64,000 bases of DNA from Eledone cirrhosa (lineage: Eukaryota), in NCBI GenBank assembly GCA_964016885.1, contig OZ024741.1, forward strand, positions 4,402,001 to 4,466,000. Direction: 5' to 3'. Below the pieces are notes generated by a model. It saw nothing but the letters and a program-made list of their open reading frames with translations, did no database searches and was not told the origin of the DNA. The first letter of the stretch is position 1; each line of letters starts with the position of its first letter. The position numbers and the translations under genes were made by a program. Shown one piece after another: positions 49,759-63,110 of the stretch.

Positions 49759-52700
49759 GACAGTACTATAGAAATATAGTAGTGTTAGTGTTTAGAAGTT
49801 GTTGATGATGATAGGACAGTAGTATATGTGTAGTAACATACAGTACTATCTTTACTGTTGTTGGTGTGACACTGGTATGTCTATAGTAACATACAGTACT
49901 ATCTTTAGTGTTAGTGGTGTGACACTGGTATGTCTATAGTAACATACAGTACTATCTTTACTGTTGTTGGTGTGACACTGGTATGTCTATAGTAACATAC
50001 AGTACTATCTTTACTGTTGTTGGTGTGACACTGGTATGTCTATAGTAACATACAGTACTATCTTTAGTGTTAGTGGTGTGACACTGGTATGTCTATAGTA
50101 ACATACAGTACTATCTTTAGTGTTGTTGGTGTGACACTGGTATGTCTATAGTAACATACAGTACTATCTTTAGTGTTGTTGGTGTGACACTGGTATGTCT
50201 ATAGTAACATACAGTACTATCTTTAGTGTTAGTGGTGTGACACTGGTATGTCTATAGTAACATACAGTACTATCTTTAGTGTTAGTAGTGTGACACTGGT
50301 ATGTCTATAGTAACATACAGTACTATCTTTAGTGTTGTTGGTGTGACACTGGTATGTCTATAGTAACATACAGTACTATCTTTAGTGTTAGTGGTGTGAT
50401 ACTGGTATGTCTATAGTAACATACAGTACTATCTTTAGTGTTAGTGGTGTGACACTGGTATGTCTATAGTAACATACAGTACTATCTTTACTGTTGTTGG
50501 TGTGACACTGGTATGTCTATAGTAACATACAGTACTATCTTTAGTGTTAGTGGTGTGACACTGGTATGTCTATAGTAACATACAGTACTATCTTTAGTGT
50601 TGTTGGTGTGACACTGGTATGTCTATAGTAACATACAGTACTATCTTTAGTGTTGTTGGTGTGACACTGGTATGTCTATAGTAACATACAGTACTATCTT
50701 TAGTGTTAGTGGTGTGACACTGGTATGTCTATAGTAACATACAGTACTATCTTTAGTGTTAGTAGTGTGACACTGGTATGTCTATAGTAACATGCAGTAC
50801 TATCTTTAGTGTTGTTGGTGTGACACTGGTATGTCTATAGTAACATACAGTACTATCTTTAGTGTTAGTGGTGTAACACTGGTATGTCTATAGTAACATA
50901 CAGTACTATCTTTAGTGTTAGTGGTGTGATACTGGTATGTCTATAGTAACATACAGTACTATCTTTAGTGTTGTTGGTGTGACACTGGTATGTCTATAGT
51001 AACATACAGTACTATCTTTAGTGTTAGTGGTGTGACACTGGTATGTCTATAGTAACATAGAGTACTATCTTTAGTGGTGGTGGTGGTGTGACACTAGTAT
51101 GACTATAGTAACATACAGTACTATCTTTAGTGGTGGTGTGACACTGGTATGTCTATATTAACATACAGTACTATCTTTAGTGTTAGTGGTGTGACACTGG
51201 TATGTCTATAGTAACATACAGTACTATCTTTAGTGTTAGTGGTGTGACACTGGTATGTCTATAGTAACATACAGTACTATCTTTAGTGTTAGTGGTGTGA
51301 CACTGGTATGTCTATATTAACATACAGTACTATCTTTAGTGTTAGTGGTGTGACACTGGTATGTCTATAGTAACATACAGTACTATCTTTAGTGTTAGTG
51401 GTGTGACACTGGTATGTCTATAGTAACATACAGTACTATCTTTAGTGGTGTGACACTGGTATGTCTATAGTAACATACAGTACTATCTTTAGTGGTGGTG
51501 TGACACTGGTATGTCTATATTAACATGCAGTACTATCTTTAGTGTTAGTGGTGTGACACTGGTATGTCTATAGTAACATACAGTACTATCTTTAGTGTTG
51601 TTGGTGTGACACTGGTATGTCTATAGTAACATACAGTACTATCTTTAGTGTTAGTGGTGTGACACTGGTATGTCTATAGTAACATACAGTACTATCTTTA
51701 GTGGTGGTGTGACACTGGTATGTCTATATTAACATGCAGTACTATCTTTAGTGTTAGTGGTGTGACACTGGTATGTCTATATTAACATACAGTGCTATCT
51801 TTAGTGTTAGTGGTGTGACACTGGTATGTCTATAGTAACATACAGTACTATCTTTAGTGTTAGTGGTGTGACACTGGTATGTCTATAGTAACATACAGTA
51901 CTATCTTTAGTGTTAGTGGTGTGACACTGGTATGTCTATAGTAACATACAGTACTATCTTTAGTGGTGTGACACTGGTATGTCTATAGTAACATACAGTA
52001 CTATCTTTAGTGGTGGTGTGACACTGGTATGTCTATATTAACATGCAGTACTATCTTTAGTGTTAGTGGTGTGACACTGGTATGTCTATAGTAACATACA
52101 GTACTATCTTTAGTGTTGTTGGTGTGACACTGGTATGTCTATAGTAACATACAGTACTATCTTTAGTGTTAGTGGTGTGACACTGGTATGTCTATAGTAA
52201 CATACAGTACTATCTTTAGTGTTAGTAGTGTGACACTGGTATGTCTATAGTAACATACAGTACTATCTTTAGTGTTGTTGGTGTGACACTGGTATGTCTA
52301 TAGTAACATACAGTACTATCTTTAGTGTTGTTGGTGTGACACTGGTATGTCTATAGTAACATACAGTACTATCTTTAGTGTTAGTGGTGTGACACTGGTA
52401 TGTCTATAGTAACATACAGTACTATCTTTAGTGTTAGTAGTGTGACACTGGTATGTCTATAGTAACATACAGTACTATCTTTAGTGTTGTTGGTGTGACA
52501 CTGGTATGTCTATAGTAACATACAGTACTATCTTTAGTGTTAGTGGTGTAACACTGGTATGTCTATAGTAACATACAGTACTATCTTTAGTGTTAGTGGT
52601 GTGATACTGGTATGTCTATAGTAACATACAGTACTATCTTTAGTGTTGTTGGTGTGACACTGGTATGTCTATAGTAACATACAGTACTATCTTTAGTGTT

Positions 52701-55700
52701 AGTGGTGTGACACTGGTATGTCTATAGTAACATAGAGTACTATCTTTAGTGGTGGTGGTGGTGTGACACTAGTATGACTATAGTAACATACAGTACTATC
52801 TTTAGTGGTGGTGTGACACTGGTATGTCTATATTAACATACAGTACTATCTTTAGTGTTAGTGGTGTGACACTGGTATGTCTATAGTAACATACAGTACT
52901 ATCTTTAGTGTTAGTGGTGTGACACTGGTATGTCTATAGTAACATACAGTACTATCTTTAGTGTTAGTGGTGTGACACTGGTATGTCTATATTAACATAC
53001 AGTACTATCTTTAGTGTTAGTGGTGTGACACTGGTATGTCTATAGTAACATACAGTACTATCTTTAGTGTTAGTGGTGTGACACTGGTATGTCTATAGTA
53101 ACATACAGTACTATCTTTAGTGGTGTGACACTGGTATGTCTATAGTAACATACAGTACTATCTTTAGTGGTGGTGTGACACTGGTATGTCTATATTAACA
53201 TGCAGTACTATCTTTAGTGTTAGTGGTGTGACACTGGTATGTCTATAGTAACATACAGTACTATCTTTAGTGTTGTTGGTGTGACACTGGTATGTCTATA
53301 GTAACATACAGTACTATCTTTAGTGTTAGTGGTGTGACACTGGTATGTCTATAGTAACATACAGTACTATCTTTAGTGGTGGTGTGACACTGGTATGTCT
53401 ATATTAACATGCAGTACTATCTTTAGTGTTAGTGGTGTTACACTGGTATGTCTATATTAACATACAGTGCTATCTTTAGTGTTAGTGGTGTGACACTGGT
53501 ATGTCTATAGTAACATACAGTACTATCTTTAGTGTTAGTGGTGTGACACTGGTATGTCTATAGTAACATACAGTACTATCTTTAGTGTTAGTGGTGTGAC
53601 ACTGGTATGTCTATAGTAACATACAGTACTATCTTTAGTGGTGTGACACTGGTATGTCTATAGTAACATACAGTACTATCTTTAGTGGTGGTGTGACACT
53701 GGTATGTCTATATTAACATGCAGTACTATCTTTAGTGTTAGTGGTGTGACACTGGTATGTCTATAGTAACATACAGTACTATCTTTAGTGTTGTTGGTGT
53801 GACACTGGTATGTCTATAGTAACATACAGTACTATCTTTAGTGTTAGTGGTGTGACACTGGTATGTCTATAGTAACATACAGTACTATCTTTAGTGTTAG
53901 TAGTGTGACACTGGTATGTCTATAGTAACATACAGTACTATCTTTAGTGTTGTTGGTGTGACACTGGTATGTCTATAGTAACATACAGTACTATCTTTAG
54001 TGTTGTTGGTGTGACACTGGTATGTCTATAGTAACATACAGTACTATCTTTAGTGTTAGTGGTGTGACACTGGTATGTCTATAGTAACATACAGTACTAT
54101 CTTTAGTGTTAGTAGTGTGACACTGGTATGTCTATAGTAACATACAGTACTATCTTTAGTGTTGTTGGTGTGACACTGGTATGTCTATAGTAACATACAG
54201 TACTATCTTTAGTGTTGTTGGTGTGACACTGGTATGTCTATAGTAACATACAGTACTATCTTTAGTGTTAGTGGTGTGACACTGGTATGTCTATAGTAAC
54301 ATACAGTACTATCTTTAGTGTTAGTAGTGTGACACTGGTATGTCTATAGTAACATACAGTACTATCTTTAGTGTTGTTGGTGTGACACTGGTATGTCTAT
54401 AGTAACATACAGTACTATCTTTACTGTTAGTGGTGTAACACTGGTATGTCTATAGTAACATACAGTACTATCTTTAGTGTTAGTGGTGTGACACTGGTAT
54501 GTCTATAGTAACATACAGTACTATCTTTAGTGTTGTTGGTGTGACACTGGTATGTCTATAGTAACATACAGTACTATCTTTAGTGTTAGTGGTGTGACAC
54601 TGGTATGTCTATAGTAACATACAGTACTATCTTTAGTGGTGGTGGTGGTGTGACACTAGTATGACTATAGTAACATACAGTACTATCTTTAGTGTTAGTG
54701 GTGTGACACTGGTATGTCTCGTAACATACAGTACTATCTTTAGTGGTGGTGTGGCATTAGTATGTCTATAGTAACATACAGTACTATCTTTAGTGGTGCT
54801 GGTGTGACACTAGTATGTCTATAGTAACATACAGTACTATCTTTAGTGGTGGTGTGACACTAGTATGTCTGTAGTAACATACAGTACTGTCTTTAGTGGT
54901 GGTGGTGGTGTGACACTCGTATGTCTATGGTAACGTACAGTACTATCTCTAGTGTTGGTGGTGTGACACTAGTATGACTATAGTAACATACAGTACTATC
55001 TTTAGTGGTGGTGGTGTGACACTAGTATATCTATAGTTACAAACAGTAATATCTTTAGTGGTGATGGTGAGACACTAGTATGTCTATTGTAACATACAGT
55101 ACTATCTTTAGTGTTGGTGAGACACTAGTATGTCTATAGTAAATTACAGTACTATCTTTAGTGGTGGTGGTGTCACACTAGTATGTCTAGTAACATACAG
55201 TACTATCTTTAGTGTTGGTGGTGTCACACTAGTATGTCTATAGTAACATACAGTACTATCTCTACTGCTGGTGGTGTGACACTAGTATGTCTAGTAACAT
55301 TCAGTACTATCTCTAATGTTGGTGTGACACTAGTATGTCTATAGTAACATACAGTACTATCTTTAGTGTTGGTCGTGTGACACTAGTATGTCTATAGTAA
55401 GATACAGTACTATCTTCAGTGGTGATGGTGTGACACTAGTATGTCTATAGTAACATACAGTACTATCTTTAGTGGTGGTGTGACACTAGTATGTCTATAG
55501 TAACATACAGTACTATCTTTAGTGTTGGTCGTGTGACACTAGTATGTCTATAGTAAGATACAGTACTATCTTTAGTGGTGATGGTGTGACACTAGTATGT
55601 CTATAGTAACATACAGTACTATCTTTAGTGGTGGTGTGACACTAGTATGTCTAGTAACATACAGTACTATCTTTAGTGTTTGTGCTGTGACACTAGTATG

Positions 55701-58475
55701 TCTATAGTAACACAGTACTATCTTTAGTGGTGGTAGTGTGACACTAGTATGTCTAGTAACATACAGTACTATCTTTAGTGTTTGTGCTGTGACACTAGTA
55801 TGTCTATAGTAACATACAGTACTATCCTTAGTGGTGCTGGTGTGACACTGGTATCTCTATAGTAACATCCAATACTATCTTTAGTGGTGGTCGTGTGACA
55901 CTAGTATGTACATAGTAACATACATTACTGTCTCTAGTGTTGGTGGTGTGACACTAGTATGTCTATAGTAACATACAGTACTATCTTTAGTGGTGGTGGT
56001 GTGACACTGGTATGTCTATAGTAACATACAGTACTATTTTTAGTGGTGATGGTGAGACACTAGTATGTCTATCGTAACATACAGTACAATCTTTAGTGTT
56101 GTTGGTGGGACACTGGAATGTTTGTAACATATGGTACTATCTTTAGTGGTGGTGTGACACTAGTATGTCTGTAGTAACATACAGTACTATCTTTAGTAGT
56201 GGTGGTGTGACACTAGTATGTCTATAGTAACATACAGTACTATCTTTAGTGTTGGTTTGACACTAGTATGTCTAGTAACATACAGTACTATCTTTAGTGT
56301 TGGTGGTGTCACACTAGTATGTCTATAGTAACATACAGTACTATCTCTAGTGTTGTTGGTGTGACACTAGTATGTCTATTGTAACATACAGTACTATCTT
56401 TAGCAGTGGTGGTGTGACACTAGTATGTCTAGTAACACACAGTACTATCTCTAGTGTTGGTGGTGTGACTCTAGTATGTCTAATTACATACAGTACTATC
56501 TTTAGTTGTGGTGGTGGTGTGACACTGGTATGTCTATAGTAATATACAGTACTATCTTTAGTGGTGGTGTGACACTAGTATGTCTAGTAACATACAGTAC
56601 TATCTTTAGTGTTGTTGGTGTGACATTAGTATGTCTAGTAACATACAGTACTATCTTTAGTGGTGGTGTGACACTGGTATGTCTATAGTAACATACAGTA
56701 CTATCTTTAGTGGTGGTGTGACACTGGTATGTCTATAGTAACATACAGTACTATCTTTAGTGGTGGTGTGACACTGGTATGTCTATAGTAACATACAGTA
56801 CTATCTTTAGTGGTGGTGTGACACTGGTATGTCTATAGTAACATACAGTACTATCTTTAGTGGTGGTGGTGTAACACTAGTATGTCTATAGTAACATACA
56901 GTACTATCTTTAGTGGTGGTGGTGTGACACTAGTATGTCTATAGTAACATACAGTACTATCACTAGTGTTGTTGGTGTGACACTAGTATGTCTAGTAACA
57001 TACAGTACTATGTTTAGCAGTGGTGGTGTGACACTAGTATGTTTATAGTAACATACAGTACTATCTTTAGTGGTGGTGGCTTGACACTAGTATGTCTAGT
57101 AACATACAGTATTATCTTTAGTGTTGGTGGTGTGACACTGGTATGTCTATAGTGACATACAGTACTATCTCTAGTGGTGGTGGTGTGACACTGGTATGTC
57201 TATAGTAACATACAGTACTATGTTTAGCAGTGGTAGTGTGACACTAGTATGTCTATAGTAACATACAGTACTATCACTAGTGTTGTTGGTGTGACACTAG
57301 TATGTCTAGTAACATACAGTACTATCTTTAGTGGTGGTGGTGTAACACTAGTATGTTTATAGTAACATACAGTACTATCTTTAGTGGTGGTGGTGTGACA
57401 CTAGTATGTCTAGTAACATACAGTACTATCTTTAGTGGTGGTGGTGTAACACTAGTATGTCTATAGTAACATACAGTACTATCTTTAGTGGTGGTGGTGT
57501 AACACTAGTATGTCTATAGTTACATACAGTACTATCTTTAGTGTTGGTGTGACACTCGTATGTCTATAGTAACATACAGTACTATCTCTAGTGGTGGTGT
57601 GACACTATTATGACTATAGTAACATACAGTACCATCTTTAGTGTTGGTGGTGGTGGTGTGACACTAGTATGTCTATAGTAACATACAGTACTATCTTTAG
57701 TGGTAATGTGACACTAGTATGTCTATAGTAACATACAGTACTATCTCTAGTGGTCGTGGTTTGACACTAGTATGTCTATTGTAACATACAGTACTATCTT
57801 TAGTGGTGGTGTGACACTAGTATGTCTAGTAACATACAGTACTATCTTTAGTGGTGGTGGTGGTGTGACACTAGTATGTCTATAGTAACATACAGTACTA
57901 TCTTTAGTGTTGTTGTTGTGACACTAGTATGTCTAGTAACATACAATACTATCTTTAGTGTTGTTGGTGTGACACTAGTATGTCTAGTAACACACAGTAC
58001 TATCTTTAGTGGTGGTGTGACACTGGTATGTCTCGTAACATACAGTACTATCTCTAGTGTTGTTGGTGTGACACTAGTATGTCTAGTAACACACAGTACT
58101 ATCTTTAGTGGTGGTGTGACACTGGTATGTCTCGTAACATACAGTACTATCTCTAGTGTTGTTGGTGTGACACTAGTATGTCTAGTAACACACAGTACTA
58201 TCTTTAGTGGTGGTGTGACACTGGTATGTCTCGTAACATACAGTACTATCTTTAGTGTTGTTGGTGTGACACTAGTATGTCTAGTAACATACAGTACTAT
58301 CTTTAGTGTTACGTCGTCGTTGTTGGTAATGATGATGGTACGACAGTCGTATACGTTTAGTAACATATAGTACTATTAGTGTTAGTGTTCAGTAGTTGTT
58401 GATGATGACGATCATACGACAGTACTATACGTGTAGTAATATATAGTACTGTAGTAGTGTTAGTGTAACGTCGAT
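49759..58475. repeat. ~8.7-kb satellite, 53-bp unit GGTGTGACACTGGTATGTCTATAGTAACATACAGTACTATCTTTAGTGTTAGT (variants ~47-59 bp)
   Basis: 53-bp period (49864 to 49917). The left half is homogeneous, the right half is diverged, and both edges are degenerate. Confidence 0.97.
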
Positions 58476-59189
58476 ATTGTTGATCGACTACATTATCCAT
58501 TGTCATTTCCTTATTCTAAGGTTGAGGGAGATTTAACTCCTATTTCTAGCAGGGCCAGTGACCATATTCAGGCTCGCCGTTGTTTAATGTTTATATTTAT
58601 CTAAAGTCCTTCAATCATAATTTCATGTAAGAACCTTTATTAAGTTATATTCCAAAAACCAACTTAATCATGAGTAAGTTATATTACTAAATCCCTCCAA
58701 ATTCTTGACTATTTTCAAAGATTGTTTAAAAAAACTATAGTCAGTCTTTTATTAGAAATATATTGAGTGGGTTAATGGGTTGTTGTGGTGGTGCCACTGC
58801 TATGTGTAGGCGATGTTTATATATATATCAATACTCTCATATATATATATATATATATATATGAGGAAATAAGAACTTCTACCCCCTTCCCCATGAAGTA
58901 GTCTGTCTGTCAGTCAACATACACTACCAAATATAAACAACGTAATATTTACTTCCATCACTCACGTGGCTGCTTCTGTGTAATCTCCACCACCCTCTAC
59001 TGCTGGATACTAAATGTACTATTGTTCTTTCTTCCTCACTCCCACAGTAACACATTACTTATCATTTTGCTACCAACCTCCCTTCTTGTTTTCTTCTGGC
59101 TTGCTCGGGTTCAATGTTCGTTAAACACACACGCACGCACGCACGCACCTCTTTTATCATTTTCTTTTCCTTATTAATTACGAGATCGA

Positions 59190-59672
59190 TATAGTAATGT
59201 ACTGGGGTTGATTTAGTCGACTTCCCCTACCCCAACATTACTGGCCTTGTACCTAATGTAGAATTTATTATCATTATTATTATTATTATTCAAAAGGGTG
59301 ATGGTTTGGTAGTATCGGTAGAGCGTCAGACTCTATGCTTTGCAGCATAGAGTTATGGCCCTTCACGTTCTGAGTTCAAATCCGGTGAGGTTAACTTTGC
59401 CTTTCATTCTTACTGGGTCAATAAAATAAAGTACCAGTAATACACTGGGGTAATTGCTGGCCTTGTGCCAAAAGTAGAAGCATTATTTTGGCAGTATCGG
59501 TAGAGGGTCGGACGCCATGCTTTCCAGCATAGTTACGTCCCTTTGCGGTCTGAGTTCAAATCCCACCGAGGTTAACTTTGCCTTTCATCCTTACGGGGTC
59601 GATAAAATAAAGTACCAGTAATGCACTGGGTAATTGATGGCCTTGTGCCAAAAGTAGAAACAATTATTATTC
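59190..59672 (+). mobile_element. Head-to-tail cluster of ~3 tRNA-derived SINE copies, same family as 28044-29440
   Basis: GGCAGTATCGGTAGAG..CTGAGTTCAAATCC..GCCTTTCATCCTTACGGGGTCGATAAAATAAAGTACCAG..(ATT)n. Confidence 0.88.
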
Positions 59673-59978
59673 AAAAGAATGTGTATGTATGCGAAAAATA
59701 AACAGAAACCTACACAGCAAAACGATACGGTACAATAGATATATATTAGTTTACTGCTTGACAGAATAAGAAAATCGTCTTAAGGTAAACTTTGACAGCC
59801 GTTTCATAGCAATACAGGTGTAGTCCCCGAGATTGTCCTCCACCCAGTCAACAAGGTTAACTAATGAACAATTTCCGATGGTTTTCAAAGCCGTCCAAAA
59901 CACCAAAAACCATAGAAAAAAAGAAAAATCAAATTTCACCTCCAACGCGAGACGGGTGTAATTGTAAAAGAATTAACC

Positions 59979-60013
<35 letters not shown>

Positions 60014-60129
60014 ACTGGGGCACCGCCATTGATGCTACACTTACTATAGTCAGCCGTTGTTGGTTGGCCATTGATGTAAAAGGGAATTTGTTGTAACCAC
60101 CCTTATTTGTGTTAGGCCTCGTGTTGTGG

Positions 60130-60735
60130 GTTCTTCTGGATGGTTAACAGGATGTCGAGATATTTCTTGAAAACATCTAAACATCTACATGCACATCATG
60201 TAGATCTCTCAGATTTTGTGACAGCTTATTAAGGCCCTGGGGGGGTGGGCTTTTAACCCCAGGATATTGCGGTATCTGGTCTTTATTCTTGATGTGAAGG
60301 ATGGGAGCTTTGACACTATTCAGTGGCGTCCTGTTCATGAGTTGGTCCGGCTCCAAATGTCGAAGTTTGGTGCTAGCCCTTCCAGGATCTTCCATATGTA
60401 CATCACTGCGTATCTCTCCTATCTTCGCTCCAGAGTAGAGCTTAAGTTCTTTCAACCTCTCTCAGTAGCTCATCTCTTTCATTGAGGCAATCCTCTTGGT
60501 GTAGCTTCATTGGATTACTTCAAGTTATGTGGTTAGTTTGACACTGTGGAGCGACCACGGCTGAAAGTCCTCAGAATCCAGCCTGCTAGTCCTCTGCACA
60601 TTACCGTCATTTTAGTGAGGTTTGCATTAAGCGAAGCATCATTGATCATGTTAATACATAGGTCCCATATTGATTTCCACTCAAGGATTTCGATTCCTCC
60701 TGACCCGGTGTACCTTTTAGCTTTCTCGGTAGTTT
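60130..60735 (-). mobile_element. Degraded CR1/L2-like LINE 3' fragment
   Basis: Minus-strand remnants AGWILRTF, SY.ERLKELKLYS, ERYAVMYIWKILEGLAPN and DVFKKYLD. Confidence 0.8.
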
Positions 60736-61605
60736 ACCACTTACAAGGGAGCTTTGGAAGATCTGCAGTGGTTTTGCTAAAGTTCGTTTGCATGTTTCTA
60801 TGAGGATTGTTGGACAACCGTCAGGTTAGCTGCTGAATTTAGCCTCATTTCATCTATGGCTGATGATATTACATCTTCCTCCTTTATATCTATATAGTTG
60901 ATGGTTGCCATATCTCTGTCTATATATATAGAGAAACTCAGCAGTGCTGAGACCGGGGAGACCACTAATTATGGGAGTACTCAATGCATGATGAAAAGGT
61001 TTGCTGAACACACGTCGAAAACCCCTTGGCGCCGCCGCATTTGGGATTTTACATCTCTCTCTCTCTCGTTTCCTCTCTTCACTGACGGCTCGCCTAATAG
61101 AGGTAACAGCGAATCTCGCGAGGGCACTTGGTTGTTTCAGCGCATTAGCCTCGCCATCACCCGAGGCAACGCTGCTGGCTTGCCTCAAAACTCATTAGAG
61201 GGGTCGCCAAGTACCCCTGGCTGCTGTCTTTTGCTCTGGTGTCGGCTCCGTTGTTCACCTCACCCCTTCCTTTATATTTTCTTTAATATTGCAACATCAA
61301 AAGAATATATCTCTCTCAAAAAACCGCAAGCAATTTATAATGTTATCTAAGCATTTGTAATGTTATTTATGTATTTAAAACATATTTATGTTATTCTACT
61401 TAAATTTAATTATATGCTTTGTATAATAAAAGAAACAATTATTATTTTATATATATATATATAATCGAATGTTAATAAGGTTCATTGATTACTCAATGAA
61501 TATAGTTTTACAATAGATTCAAAGCACTCGACAGTTAACTTTTCTGGAGTTATTAATATTATTCAAAATATTAATAAATGAAGACGTTCACATAATCAAA
61601 ATATG

Positions 61606-61667
61606 TTTTATTATATATATTTCGGAGGTACTGTGCTGTTTTTTCAGTACGTCCTCATCAGATAAAA
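61606..61667 (-). ncRNA. Minimal type-I hammerhead ribozyme motif (mirror copy)
   Basis: Minus strand reads TTTTAT-CTGATGA-GGACGTACTG..CAGTACCTCC-GAAA-TATATA-TA-ATAAAA. Confidence 0.72.
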
Positions 61668-61782
61668 TACATAAATTGATGTACAACATACCTCAACTGT
61701 CTTTATGGTTTAATTTCAGTCTTGCCAAAACTGAAATTAAACCATCAAGACAGTTGAGGTATGTCGTACATCAATTTATGTA

Positions 61783-61844
61783 TTTTATCTGATGAGGACG
61801 TACTGAAAAAACAGCACATTACCTCCGAAATATATATAATAAAA
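61783..61844 (+). ncRNA. Minimal type-I hammerhead ribozyme motif
   Basis: Stem I TTTTAT/ATAAAA, core CTGATGA 61789-61795, stem II GGACGTA/TACCTCC, GAAA 61827-61830 and a palindromic stem III. Predicted cleavage after 61838. Confidence 0.7.
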
Positions 61845-62071
61845 CATATATTTTAATTATGTGAACGTCTTCATTTATTAATATTTTGAATAATATATAT
61901 ATATATATATATATATATTCAGATATATATAAAATGGAATAGAATGAAATGAAATTTCATTTCTCACTCTTAGTCTGAACTCACTCGATATGCAAATTAG
62001 GCTGCTCAGCCGTTAATTTTCGTAAGGAAAGTATATACTTTCGAACATTCAACCATCTGGCAGAAGGGTAT

Positions 62072-62114
62072 ACGGTGCTGACGATAGCTAACAAGCTTGA
62101 AACTAGTACATCGT
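62072..62114 (+). ncRNA. Minimal type-I hammerhead ribozyme motif, different sequence family
   Basis: ACGGTG-CTGACGA-T-AGCT-AACA-AGCT-T-GAAA-CTAG-TA-CATCGT. Confidence 0.65.
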
Positions 62115-62263
62115 TCCTGTGTCAGTGTTGAACAAAAAGGTGACGTGGTTGCCTTAACACCGTACGGCATAAATCAGGCTGTCCGTTTGTTTACAAACGG
62201 ACAAAGCGAGCATTATAATAAATGTTCGCTAAACTGATAAGTACATGTATATATGTGTGCCTG

Positions 62264-62310
<47 letters not shown>

Positions 62311-62410
62311 GCTACTGTACGTCTGTATGCATATATGTATGTACGTATACATACATACTTACATATATATATATATTCATATATATATATTCATATATAT
62401 ATATATATAT

Positions 62411-63109
<699 letters not shown>

Positions 63110-63110
<1 letters not shown>

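Larger units (their letters stand above)
61556..61896. repeat. ~340-bp near-perfect palindrome (Penelope-like inverted end)
   Basis: Arms of ~165-170 bp with the centre near 61725. Confidence 0.95.

Noticed and set aside
60850-61350. CpG-rich segment with 112-150 aa ORFs as an exon or Helitron 5' end
   Set aside because: No recognisable protein motif, splice pair or CTAG/hairpin terminus. Left unassigned.
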